From a virus, in the IMG/VR virus record IMGVR_UViG_3300025545_000003, positions 1 through 64,000 of that record: a DNA stretch of 64,000 nt; one strand, written 5' to 3'. Within the stretch, counting starts at the first letter, position 1. Every line of letters starts with the position of its first letter. The position numbers were made by a program, and so were the translations under genes. Of the stretch, positions 28,869-36,486 are shown piece after piece. Under the pieces are notes generated by a model, which searched no databases, was not told the origin of the DNA, and saw only the letters and a list, made by a program, of their open reading frames with translations.

Positions 28869-29683
28869 TCTCCATGAACCCCTATGAGGGAAAGGTCTGC
28901 CTCGTCACAGGTGCCACGTCAGGGAACGGACTGGCAGTAGCCAAGACCCTGCTCCGCAGGGGAGCCTCCAAGGTCTACACGCTGGGCCGCAACCACGCCA
29001 AGCTCTGGGAGTTGGAAGAGTGCGGCGGCACGTCCCTGTTCTGTGACTTCACGAACCAGGACTCCATCGACGAGGCCGCCGCTGCCGTTCTGGATGGGCC
29101 GCCGCTGGACTACCTGTTCCACCTGGCCGGGAATGCCCTCCACGGCCCCGCAGACGCCTACCAGCGGGGTTCCTTTGTCCGGTCGGACCTACTAGGCCCA
29201 CAGCACCTCATCGAGGGCTTGTTGGGCCACATGAACCCCGGAGCGTGCATGGGGATCGTGACGTCGGGGTCGGCGGCCTTGGGCTCGATCCCGACCCTGC
29301 GGTTCTACCAGAAGGTGAAAGCCGAGATGGTCCGTTGGTGGCACTGCCACCGTGCGGGCTGGCAGGCGAGGGGCATCTACAGCACCCTCATCTCCATGGG
29401 GGTCATCGCTACGGACATCTGGAACAGGACAGACGGCATCAGTCCCGTGACCCGTTACCTGATTCCCAAGGTCGTACCTGGTGCGAACCGTTGGGCGCAG
29501 CAGATTCTGGACGACGTGGCGCAGAGGAAGCTGGTGTCGTACCCAGGACGGTTCTCCAGCCTAGCACCCTTGGATCCGTGGTCGGGGTGCTACTACCCCA
29601 ACCCCATCCTCAAGGCGGCATTTACTGCCGCTGCCCGTGTCTGGACAGGCTTAGAGAGCCGTCAAGCTGTGTTGAAGAGATAG
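28865..29683 (+). CDS. short-chain dehydrogenase/reductase
   Basis: VTGATSGNG and YQKVK (YxxxK) motifs. Confidence 0.75.
   Translation: MISMNPYEGKVCLVTGATSGNGLAVAKTLLRRGASKVYTLGRNHAKLWELEECGGTSLFCDFTNQDSIDEAAAAVLDGPPLDYLFHLAGNALHGPADAYQRGSFVRSDLLGPQHLIEGLLGHMNPGACMGIVTSGSAALGSIPTLRFYQKVKAEMVRWWHCHRAGWQARGIYSTLISMGVIATDIWNRTDGISPVTRYLIPKVVPGANRWAQQILDDVAQRKLVSYPGRFSSLAPLDPWSGCYYPNPILKAAFTAAARVWTGLESRQAVLKR
29648..29675 (+). promoter_or_regulatory. putative phage promoter
   Basis: GGCTTAG-N13-TGTGTTGA upstream of nrtR. Confidence 0.65.
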
Positions 29684-29695
29684 AAGGAGGACCTG

Positions 29696-30574
29696 ATGAC
29701 TCGAAACAAACGTGCGGAACTACAGATCGCAGCCCGCCAGTTCATGCGGGTGTGCTCTCTGAAGGCCGCCGAAATGATCGGTGAGGACGGCAACACGGTC
29801 GAGGCCGGGATGCGGTATCACCAGCCCCCGCTCCCCGAGGGCTGCACGATGGGCGACCTGTTCGACCTGATGGACCACGCCCACGTCTACGAGTTCCCCA
29901 AGGTAGACCACACCACCGACGCCGTTGTGTTCGCCCTCGACATCGAGGAGCGCACCCTCAAGGTACTGCTCATCCGCCGTGGCCGTGAAGGAGAGCCCTT
30001 CTATGACCACTGGGCGCTACCGGGCGGCTTCATCAACGAGAACGAGCCTCTCCGTGAAACGGCGATGCGGGAACTGCTGGAAGAGACCGGCGTGGCCCTG
30101 TCCTACATGGAGCAGCTTGCCACCTTCAGCGATCCCGGACGTGACCCCCGAGGCCCGGTCATCTCGACCGCCTACATGGGCCTCGTCCGCCCCAAGGACG
30201 TGACCGTCAAGGCGGACGACGACGCCTCCGACGCCCGCTGGTTCGACGTGGGCGACCTTCCCGACATGGCCTTCGACCACAACAAGATCCTCGCAGAGGG
30301 CCTCAAGCGCCTGCGCTCCAAGCTCCGCTGGCAACCCGTTGGCCTCGGCCTGTTGGACGAGGAGTTCACCCTGACCGAGTTGCAGACCGTGTACGAGATT
30401 ATCCTCGGCCACCAACTCCACAAGGCCAGCTTCCGCCGCAAGGTGGAGAAGCTGGAGGTGCTCATCGACACCGGCAAGACCCGCAAGGCAGGCCACCGGC
30501 CCGCCAAGGTCTACCGCTTTGACACCCCCGCCTACCTCCAACTGGAGGGGCAGGGCATCGAGTTTGAGGTGTGA
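29696..30574 (+). CDS. nrtR: NrtR-family NUDIX-wHTH regulator / ADP-ribose hydrolase
   Basis: WALPGGF...E......RELLEETG, RDPRG and AFDH; C-terminal FTLTELQ..YE.I, FRRK and RPAK.Y. Confidence 0.82.
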   Translation: MTRNKRAELQIAARQFMRVCSLKAAEMIGEDGNTVEAGMRYHQPPLPEGCTMGDLFDLMDHAHVYEFPKVDHTTDAVVFALDIEERTLKVLLIRRGREGEPFYDHWALPGGFINENEPLRETAMRELLEETGVALSYMEQLATFSDPGRDPRGPVISTAYMGLVRPKDVTVKADDDASDARWFDVGDLPDMAFDHNKILAEGLKRLRSKLRWQPVGLGLLDEEFTLTELQTVYEIILGHQLHKASFRRKVEKLEVLIDTGKTRKAGHRPAKVYRFDTPAYLQLEGQGIEFEV

Positions 30575-30575
30575 C

Positions 30576-30815
30576 ATGGGAGACGTCTGCTACCAGCCTT
30601 CGGGCAGCACCAAGCCCGCCTGCGGCAACAAGGGCAACCAGACCACCTCGGACATGGGGCAGGCCACCTGTCCTGACTGCTACCGTGTGATGCGGGACGG
30701 CTACGACCGTACACAGCTACAGATGGTGGACTACCGGGAGTACGGGGCTTCTCCGCCCACGCCCAGTGAGCCAGAGCCCGAATGGAGCTTCTTCAACCTC
30801 GACACGGTGCATTAG
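30576..30815 (+). CDS. hypothetical protein
   Basis: GAGG RBS. Confidence 0.5.
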   Translation: MGDVCYQPSGSTKPACGNKGNQTTSDMGQATCPDCYRVMRDGYDRTQLQMVDYREYGASPPTPSEPEPEWSFFNLDTVH

Positions 30816-31085
30816 ATGACTGGACAGGCAGGAACACCCGACGGCCCTGAGTGCGTGTGCTTGAACTGTGAGAGAGGCGTGCTCAGCAAGGTGTTCCTCC
30901 ACGAGGAGCAGCAAGGGTTCGTCATCTTCGCCATGGAGGGGGAGACGGACGGCCTCATCGTCCAGCGTGACCCCCGTGACGGCAAGGCCAAGGTCATGAT
31001 CGGGCCGGTACGCATCGAGACGCCGCCTACCGTGACGGAAGACCCCGACTGCTACGAGATGGGCAGCTACGGAGGCACCGACTGA
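30816..31085 (+). CDS. hypothetical protein
   Basis: operon chain. Confidence 0.5.
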   Translation: MTGQAGTPDGPECVCLNCERGVLSKVFLHEEQQGFVIFAMEGETDGLIVQRDPRDGKAKVMIGPVRIETPPTVTEDPDCYEMGSYGGTD

Positions 31086-31657
31086 TGTGGCGCTACGGGA
31101 TCTTCGGGGGCGGCTTCAACCCGCCACACCTTGCCCATGTCATGACGGCGGCCTACGCCATCGCACAGCGCAACCTCGAGATCCTGTACGTCAGCCCCTG
31201 CGGCCACCACGCCTTCGCCAAGAACGACAAGCTGATCCCGTGGGAACACCGGGCCGAGATGTGCCGCAGGGCCTTCGAGGGCTTCGGAGGCACCGTCCGC
31301 ATCCCCAAGTGGGAGGAGAAGGGCGACTACACCTATACGGTCGATCTGCTCCGTGACGTAGCCCGCCACGGGGAACCCCACCTCATCATCGGATCGGACA
31401 ACTGGGATCTCCGCCACCAGTGGAAGGGGTGGGACGAGATCCTCGACATCCTTGGCGGGGAGGAGCGCATCCTCGTGGTCCCCCGTCCCGATACCAAGAT
31501 GGCCGAACAGTTGGGGTGGGCGATGCCCGACGTTTCATCCACCCGCCTCCGGGAATTGATCGCTGCGGGCAATACGGACGAGGTTCTTAAGTGGGTGCCC
31601 CCGTCTGTGGTCGCCTACATCAGACACCACGGTCTCTACGGACACACCACACGATAG
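31085..31657 (+). CDS. nadD: nicotinate-nucleotide adenylyltransferase
   Basis: GGGFNPPHLAH, YTVD, IGSD, WKGW and SST..R motifs. Confidence 0.88.
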   Translation: MWRYGIFGGGFNPPHLAHVMTAAYAIAQRNLEILYVSPCGHHAFAKNDKLIPWEHRAEMCRRAFEGFGGTVRIPKWEEKGDYTYTVDLLRDVARHGEPHLIIGSDNWDLRHQWKGWDEILDILGGEERILVVPRPDTKMAEQLGWAMPDVSSTRLRELIAAGNTDEVLKWVPPSVVAYIRHHGLYGHTTR

Positions 31658-31700
31658 ACCCCCGACATCACACCAGATCCAACTTTTCTTCCCCGAAGTG

Positions 31701-31728
31701 GGCTTAGGCCCCTTCGGTTTCGGGTTGA
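31701..31728 (+). promoter_or_regulatory. putative phage promoter
   Basis: GGCTTAG-N13-CGGGTTGA ahead of the tRNA array. Confidence 0.7.
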
Positions 31729-31845
31729 GTGAGGGCAACGGGGAAAGTTCCCCGGCCTGAGAAAAACCCTTGACAGGGCTTCAGGCTGCCGTTATTCCTT
31801 TGAGCAAGTGCCGCCGAATGATCGGCGAGCGGAGGTTTTGGTTCC

Positions 31846-32004
31846 ATGTTGATCACGACGAAAAACGAACGCAGAAAGCGTCAAGCGCACGGGGCAACCC
31901 TGGCGTCGAAGCGCGACTCTCTGTTCGCAGCAGTCGTGAATCACCAGCCTGCCCCCGCCGCCATTGAGGGTTGTGATGACCCGATGGGGGCACCCGGCGA
32001 GTAA
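31846..32004 (+). CDS. putative 52-aa leader peptide
   Basis: GGAGG RBS; TTGACA at 31770; followed by a terminator. Confidence 0.35.
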   Translation: MLITTKNERRKRQAHGATLASKRDSLFAAVVNHQPAPAAIEGCDDPMGAPGE

Positions 32005-32028
32005 CCAAGCTCCATAAGTGGACTGGTG

Positions 32029-32063
32029 AAAGCCGGGTAACCGAAAGGTTCCCCGGCTTTTTT
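32029..32063 (+). terminator. intrinsic terminator
   Basis: AAGCCGGG...GAAA...CCCGGCTT hairpin followed by a T-run. Confidence 0.75.
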
Positions 32064-32117
32064 GCTTCTTGGGCCTGAGTTGGAACGTAGGGCCTACCCG
32101 GTAGCACCGGGAGTTGC

Positions 32118-32137
32118 GGTCTTTGACAACTGAATAG
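32118..32137 (+). promoter_or_regulatory. rrn-type boxA antitermination element
   Basis: GGTCTTTGACAACTGAATAG resembles rrn boxA (TGCTCTTTAACA). Confidence 0.55.
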
Positions 32138-32290
32138 TACGTGAAAACGCACCAACGAGGGCAGGGCGGGTCTAGCCCACTCGTCCTGCCCTCATTTTCA
32201 TAATGAACCCGTGCCCCGGTGGGCACGGCCAATCCCCTAACGGGGCAAGGTCAAGCAGGCTCAACACCTGCCACGGGTTCCCATGTTCAT

Positions 32291-32367
32291 GGTGGACGTA
32301 GCTCAATAGGTAGAGCCCCGGGTTGTGATCCCGGTGGTTGCGGGTTCGAAGCCCGTCGTTCACCCCA
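32291..32367 (+). tRNA. tRNA-His(GTG)
   Basis: cloverleaf; G-1/C73; encoded CCA. Confidence 0.9.
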
Positions 32368-32535
32368 TGAGAGGGGCTAAGGTCTGGTGTCCCGCACGGA
32401 GACGTGCAAAGGCAGCGTCGTCTAGGGTAGGCCACCCAACGATGACGGCGTTGTACTAGACCACATTATTCCGGCGAAGCTCATCTGGTAGAGCGGGCGG
32501 TTGACAACCGAAGGGTCTTGCCTTACTTTGAGGGC

Positions 32536-32946
32536 ATGAACAAGAGCCCTAAAACTATCGGCGAGCGCAGTGAAGGCATGGTGCTGGCAGCCCTCTTGAG
32601 GGCGGGCAAGGTTGTGTTGCAACCCTTCGGGGACAACCAACGGTACGACCTTGTGGTGGATGAGGATGGGAAATTCATCCGGGTCCAGTGCAAGACCGCC
32701 CGCTTGAAGAACGGCGCTTTGGCCTTCGATACATGCTCCTCTCAAACCCATCGGGGGAAGGGGAAGCAAGATTACAGGGGGCAAGCGGACTTGTTTGGGG
32801 TCTATTCTCCTGACAGGGACGCCGTGTACCTTGTACCCGTTGAGGATGTCGGGGTTACCCAAGCCCGACTCAGGCTGTCCAAACCTCGTAATGGCCAATC
32901 CAAAGGCGTCCGCTTTGCGGCGGATTATCTTCTCGATCTGGGGTAG
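32536..32946 (+). CDS. PD-(D/E)XK endonuclease (group I intron-associated type)
   Basis: YDLVV and RVQCKT motifs; stop codon lies inside tRNA-Asn. Confidence 0.8.
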   Translation: MNKSPKTIGERSEGMVLAALLRAGKVVLQPFGDNQRYDLVVDEDGKFIRVQCKTARLKNGALAFDTCSSQTHRGKGKQDYRGQADLFGVYSPDRDAVYLVPVEDVGVTQARLRLSKPRNGQSKGVRFAADYLLDLG

Positions 32947-33009
32947 CTCAATAGGTAGAGCGCCGGTCTGTTAAATCGGTTGTTGAGGGTTCAAGTCCCT
33001 CCCCCAGAG
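32937..33009 (+). tRNA. tRNA-Asn(GTT)
   Basis: cloverleaf. Confidence 0.9.
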
Positions 33010-33056
33010 CTACAAGCTCCTCATGTTGTGGGTTCGAGTCCCACCGCCGGAGCTTG

Positions 33057-33938
33057 AAGGGCTGGCTGTTCCCTTTCGGGGGTTCAGTCTGTGACGGGCC
33101 GTATGGGGTCCGTAGGAAACATCGGAGCAATCCGGTGGAAGGGGAGTCCTTGTCACAGGCCCCCGCCAGTCACCTCTCGGGGTGGTTGGTCCGTCCATGC
33201 AAGCCGTAGGTAGCCCGGTCAGGGCGGGTCGTCCACCAAAGGCGGCTCTAGTCCCGAGTCTGGGGTTGGCCCCACCGACAGGTGGGTGAAGCATGGCCTG
33301 TCAGCGATGGCAGTCATGCGAAGGATAGGCGGGGACGCCTTGAGCCAACCAATCCAACTGGACGAAGGAGGATTCCCAAGCGGCAGTCGGTCAGTTTGAG
33401 GGGTGGGAGCCCTGAAGGCGGTCGGCATGTAGAGGGGCGAAGGGTGAAATCCCCGGAGTCCTGAAGACAGGGTAAAGCCCGCCGGGGCGAATACCAGAGG
33501 ACGTGTTGCATTCCCCTCCTCAAAAGGGAAGGGAACGACTGGCAGGGCACGCCCTTATGACATGCGAATTAGCTCAGTTGGTAGAGCGCATCCTTCGTAG
33601 GGATGAGGTCGTTGGTTCAAGTCCAACCCTTGCAAACAAAGGAAAGACCCTGCCGGTCTGTGTGGTAAGTGACCTAATCCCGTCCCCGCAAGGGAAGGCG
33701 GGCCGGTGAAGCCCCCAAGGTGGAGCCGGTTGGTGGGAAGCTGAAGCGTAGGGGCGGCCACCCCTGCCGGATGTGGAAAGCCGATGCAGCACAGGCGACG
33801 AGGGAAACGCCACCCTCCAACAAAGGCGGTCACGACTGGCTACCGGGGAGACCCGGTGGACACGGGGAGAACTTGGCGGGGGACCGTCAAGGTAATGCCC
33901 TGAGAGGCCGGTTATGAAAACGGGTAGTCTCACCGTTC
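33057..33938 (+). ncRNA. GOLLD-like large structured RNA with embedded tRNA
   Basis: about 880 nt without a credible ORF; many tetraloop hairpins; AAGGGC/GCCCTT closing helix; 3' AACGG-GTAGTCTCA-CCGTT. Confidence 0.5.
33563..33635 (+). tRNA. tRNA-Thr(CGT), imperfect acceptor stem
   Basis: D, anticodon and T arms intact; two acceptor mismatches. Confidence 0.6.
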
Positions 33939-33971
33939 CTCATTCTCCCCTCCCTTCGGGGCGGGGACTAT

Positions 33972-34048
33972 CGGAGAGTAGCGCAGCCTGGTAGCGCACC
34001 TGGTTCGGGACCAGGGGGTCGGGGGTTCGAATCCCCCCTCTCCGACCA
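33972..34048 (+). tRNA. tRNA-Pro(CGG)
   Basis: cloverleaf; CCA. Confidence 0.92.
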
Positions 34049-34080
34049 CGACAGAGACAGCCCGGAGAGACGGGCACCAT

Positions 34081-34154
34081 CGGGATGTGGCGCAGTCTGG
34101 CAGCGCACTTGGCTGGGGGCCAAGGGGCCGTCGGTTCGAATCCGACCATCCCGA
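34081..34154 (+). tRNA. tRNA-Pro(GGG)
   Basis: cloverleaf. Confidence 0.9.
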
Positions 34155-34162
34155 CTTTCAAT

Positions 34163-34233
34163 CCTGACCTAGCTCAATGGCAGAGCGCTCGGCTGTGGAC
34201 CGGGAGATTCGGGTTCAACTCCCGGGGTTAGGA
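34163..34233 (+). tRNA. tRNA with GTG anticodon (atypical His: no G-1, A73)
   Basis: cloverleaf. Confidence 0.7.
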
Positions 34234-34315
34234 CGGACAAGGGCTATGGGGTAGAGGCCGAAGTTGGACGAGGCACATTAGACTGGCTATACTCTCCTCA
34301 TTAGTAGGAGGTAGC

Positions 34316-34936
34316 ATGTACAAGGAAGCCACGAAGCAAGAGGCCCTCCGCCTTCGCCAACAGCAGCGCCTTTCCCTTCGAGAGATCCAAGCCCAAACAG
34401 GGGTCTCTAAAGGAACCCTCTCCAAGTGGTTGCAGGGGATGCCGTTAGACAGGGAAGAGGTGCGGGCAAAACTCCGCCTCAATGGAACCAGCAAGGGACG
34501 AGCAAAAGCTGACCGGGTTGAATCTGCCTTACACCGCCGTTTCGGTGTTCCCATGAACAGCCACTACAAGGCTAAGATTGCAGAAGCAGCGATCCTTCTT
34601 CGGGCTGGCTTGTTGGGGGTGGATACCTACCAGAGCCCCTTTGATGGAGACAAGGCCGACTGGGTGTTTGATGTGAAGGGACGCCTCCTTAAGGTGCAGG
34701 TGAAATGGGCGGCCACACCAGCCAAACATGGGGCACCACAAGTGAAAGTACGATGTGCCGGGGGCCGTTCTGGACTCCGGTGCTACACGGAGGGGGAATT
34801 CGACATTCTTGTAGGATATGACCTTTACACCGACACTGCCTATGTGTGGACGTGGGATGAGGTGAAGGATTTCACCAGCACTGTTTCCTGTTGGGATGAA
34901 GCAGAGGAACGCTGGGACAAGATCACGGTCTCATAG
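34316..34936 (+). CDS. HTH + PD-(D/E)XK endonuclease
   Basis: N-terminal SLREI..TGVSK.TLS.W; DWVF and KVQVK motifs; stop codon lies inside tRNA-Asp. Confidence 0.8.
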   Translation: MYKEATKQEALRLRQQQRLSLREIQAQTGVSKGTLSKWLQGMPLDREEVRAKLRLNGTSKGRAKADRVESALHRRFGVPMNSHYKAKIAEAAILLRAGLLGVDTYQSPFDGDKADWVFDVKGRLLKVQVKWAATPAKHGAPQVKVRCAGGRSGLRCYTEGEFDILVGYDLYTDTAYVWTWDEVKDFTSTVSCWDEAEERWDKITVS

Positions 34937-35001
34937 GGGAGTCAGGAGTCCCCACCTGCCTGTCACGCAGGAGATCCCGGGTTCAAATCCCGGTGGGACC
35001 G
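34927..35001 (+). tRNA. tRNA-Asp(GTC)
   Basis: cloverleaf. Confidence 0.88.
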
Positions 35002-35175
35002 CCGGAGGAAGTGGGTTCGAGTCCCATCTATCCCGCTAATCGCCGGGGGTGAAACCCGGAGGAACACAGTGGAAGCAGCAGGCTCCCCCTCGGGGGAGGC
35101 CGTGCAAGCGTAACTCCTGCCGTGGAAGCTGTGGAAAACCGGGCGAATCCCCACTTGGGACCTTGTGGACACGCA

Positions 35176-35243
35176 GGCTGGGTAGCTCCAATCGGCAGAG
35201 CGCTGGGCAACGCTTGCACGGCTTTGGGCCCAGAGGTAGGGGG
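35176..35243 (+). pseudogene. tRNA-like element with expanded anticodon loop
   Basis: D and T arms present; about 20-nt loop; weak acceptor stem. Confidence 0.5.
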
Positions 35244-35304
35244 TTCGAGTCCTTCCCTGGGTACACAAGAAGCGGGATGTCCAAGTTCCAACGGCGATTT
35301 TCAT

Positions 35305-35377
35305 GGGGGTGAGGTCTGCTGGGCGGACGCTGGCTTGTCAGGTCAGAACGGGGAGGGTTCGATTCCCTTCACTCCCG
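35305..35377 (+). tRNA. tRNA-Asp(GTC), atypical (A8)
   Basis: cloverleaf; G73. Confidence 0.7.
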
Positions 35378-35381
35378 CTTT

Positions 35382-35454
35382 GGGTCCGTAGTGTTAATGT
35401 AGCATCCCTGGCTCTTAACCAGGCGGGTGGCGGGTTCAAGTCCCCCCGGACTCA
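35382..35454 (+). tRNA. tRNA-Lys(CTT)
   Basis: cloverleaf with some mismatches. Confidence 0.7.
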
Positions 35455-35469
35455 CTGAAGTGTTTTCAT

Positions 35470-35542
35470 CCCTCCGTGGCGCAATTGGTAGCGCAAACGG
35501 CTCTTAACCGTGAGGTTGAAGGTTCGATTCCTTCCGGGGGGA
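35470..35542 (+). tRNA. tRNA-Lys(CTT)
   Basis: cloverleaf. Confidence 0.85.
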
Positions 35543-35560
35543 CTAGCGTTTGTACTTTGT

Positions 35561-35637
35561 GACCCCGTCGTCTAGTTGGCTAGGACACCAGACTCTCAAT
35601 CTGGAGATCGCCGGTTCAAACCCGGTCGGGGTTACCA
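35561..35637 (+). tRNA. tRNA-Glu(CTC)
   Basis: cloverleaf; CCA. Confidence 0.9.
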
Positions 35638-35638
35638 T

Positions 35639-35712
35639 CCTCCCGTAGCTCAGTAGGTAGAGCGGCGGCCCGATAAGCCGTGACAGCGAAGGTTCAATTC
35701 CTTTCGGGAGGA
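35639..35712 (+). tRNA. tRNA-Ile(GAT)
   Basis: cloverleaf; C33. Confidence 0.8.
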
Positions 35713-35739
35713 CTAGCAGAGGACTGTGGTGCTGGTTCA

Positions 35740-35813
35740 GCATAGATAGCTCAATTGGTTGAGCATCGGTCATTCAAACCGACGGTTACAGGTTCGATCC
35801 CTGTTCGTTTGCA
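35740..35813 (+). pseudogene. degenerate tRNA (TTC loop, poor acceptor stem)
   Basis: D, anticodon and T arms present; A33; broken acceptor stem. Confidence 0.5.
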
Positions 35814-35846
35814 ACAGCCCGACACCCGACCTTCCTCTGCTTCCCT

Positions 35847-35966
35847 CGAACAGTAGCTCAGTGTTGATGTACCCCCGCCAAGTTGCCGGTTGATGAAGCG
35901 GAAGGGCATCGATAGGGAGAGCGCCGGGACACTCGGAGGCCGCTGGTTCAAACCCAGCCTGTTCGA
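35847..35966 (+). ncRNA. tRNA-like RNA with a long hairpin inserted in the D-loop and no anticodon
   Basis: perfect acceptor, D and T stems; about 53-nt insert; 3-nt anticodon loop. Confidence 0.65.
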
Positions 35967-35970
35967 CTTT

Positions 35971-36042
35971 GCGGGCGTAGCTCAGTGGTAGAGCATCGGG
36001 TTGCCAATCCGAAGGTCGTGGGTTCGAATCCCATCGCCCGCT
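35971..36042 (+). tRNA. tRNA-Gly(GCC)
   Basis: cloverleaf. Confidence 0.92.
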
Positions 36043-36046
36043 CTAT

Positions 36047-36120
36047 GGTGTGGTCTTCTAATTGGCTAGGAAATCGGCCTTTCAAGCCGGGGAATGCGGG
36101 TTCGAATCCCGTCCACACTA
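36047..36120 (+). tRNA. tRNA-Glu(TTC)
   Basis: cloverleaf. Confidence 0.88.
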
Positions 36121-36293
36121 CAAGAAGTCCGGTAGCCACCGGACGCGGCCGGAGACACCCCCGGTCGTCAGTCAGGTTGGCATCTGACGAACAGGGTAGC
36201 CGATCCCCGGTAATGGGGCGTCGTCAGGGAGGCGAAAGTAGGGCAACCGAAGGACGGTCTGAAATACATCGTCCGGGTCTTACCCCTGATCAT

Positions 36294-36369
36294 GGGGCCT
36301 TAGCTCACTTGGGAGAGCGTCGGGATGGCATTCCGAAGGTAGCGGGTTCGATCCCCGCAGGCTCCACCA
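36294..36369 (+). tRNA. tRNA-Ala(GGC)
   Basis: cloverleaf; G3:U70; CCA. Confidence 0.92.
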
Positions 36370-36370
36370 G

Positions 36371-36398
36371 GGCTTAGTTGCAGATCTATCTGCGTTGA
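36371..36398 (+). promoter_or_regulatory. putative phage promoter
   Basis: GGCTTAG-N13-TGCGTTGA. Confidence 0.55.
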
Positions 36399-36472
36399 TG
36401 GGGCGTCGTCCAAAGGCAGGACCCTGGGTTTTGGTCCCAGTGATGAGGGTTCGAATCCTTCCGCCTCAGCCA
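36399..36472 (+). tRNA. tRNA-Gln(TTG)
   Basis: cloverleaf; CCA. Confidence 0.9.
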
Positions 36473-36486
36473 TTCAAGGAGGTGTC

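Larger units (their letters stand above)
32470..33052 (+). mobile_element. split tRNA containing an endonuclease + tRNA-Asn cassette
   Basis: 5' half TCCGGCG/D-arm at 32470; 3' T-arm/CGCCGGA-G at 33023-33052. Confidence 0.8.
34248..35035 (+). mobile_element. split tRNA containing an endonuclease + tRNA-Asp cassette
   Basis: 5' half GGGGTAG/D-arm at 34248; 3' T-arm/CTATCCC-G at 35004-35035. Confidence 0.78.

Noticed and set aside
31770-36400. Numerous short ORFs in the track across the tRNA region
   Set aside because: They overlap tRNAs and structured RNA, and lack RBS and codon bias.
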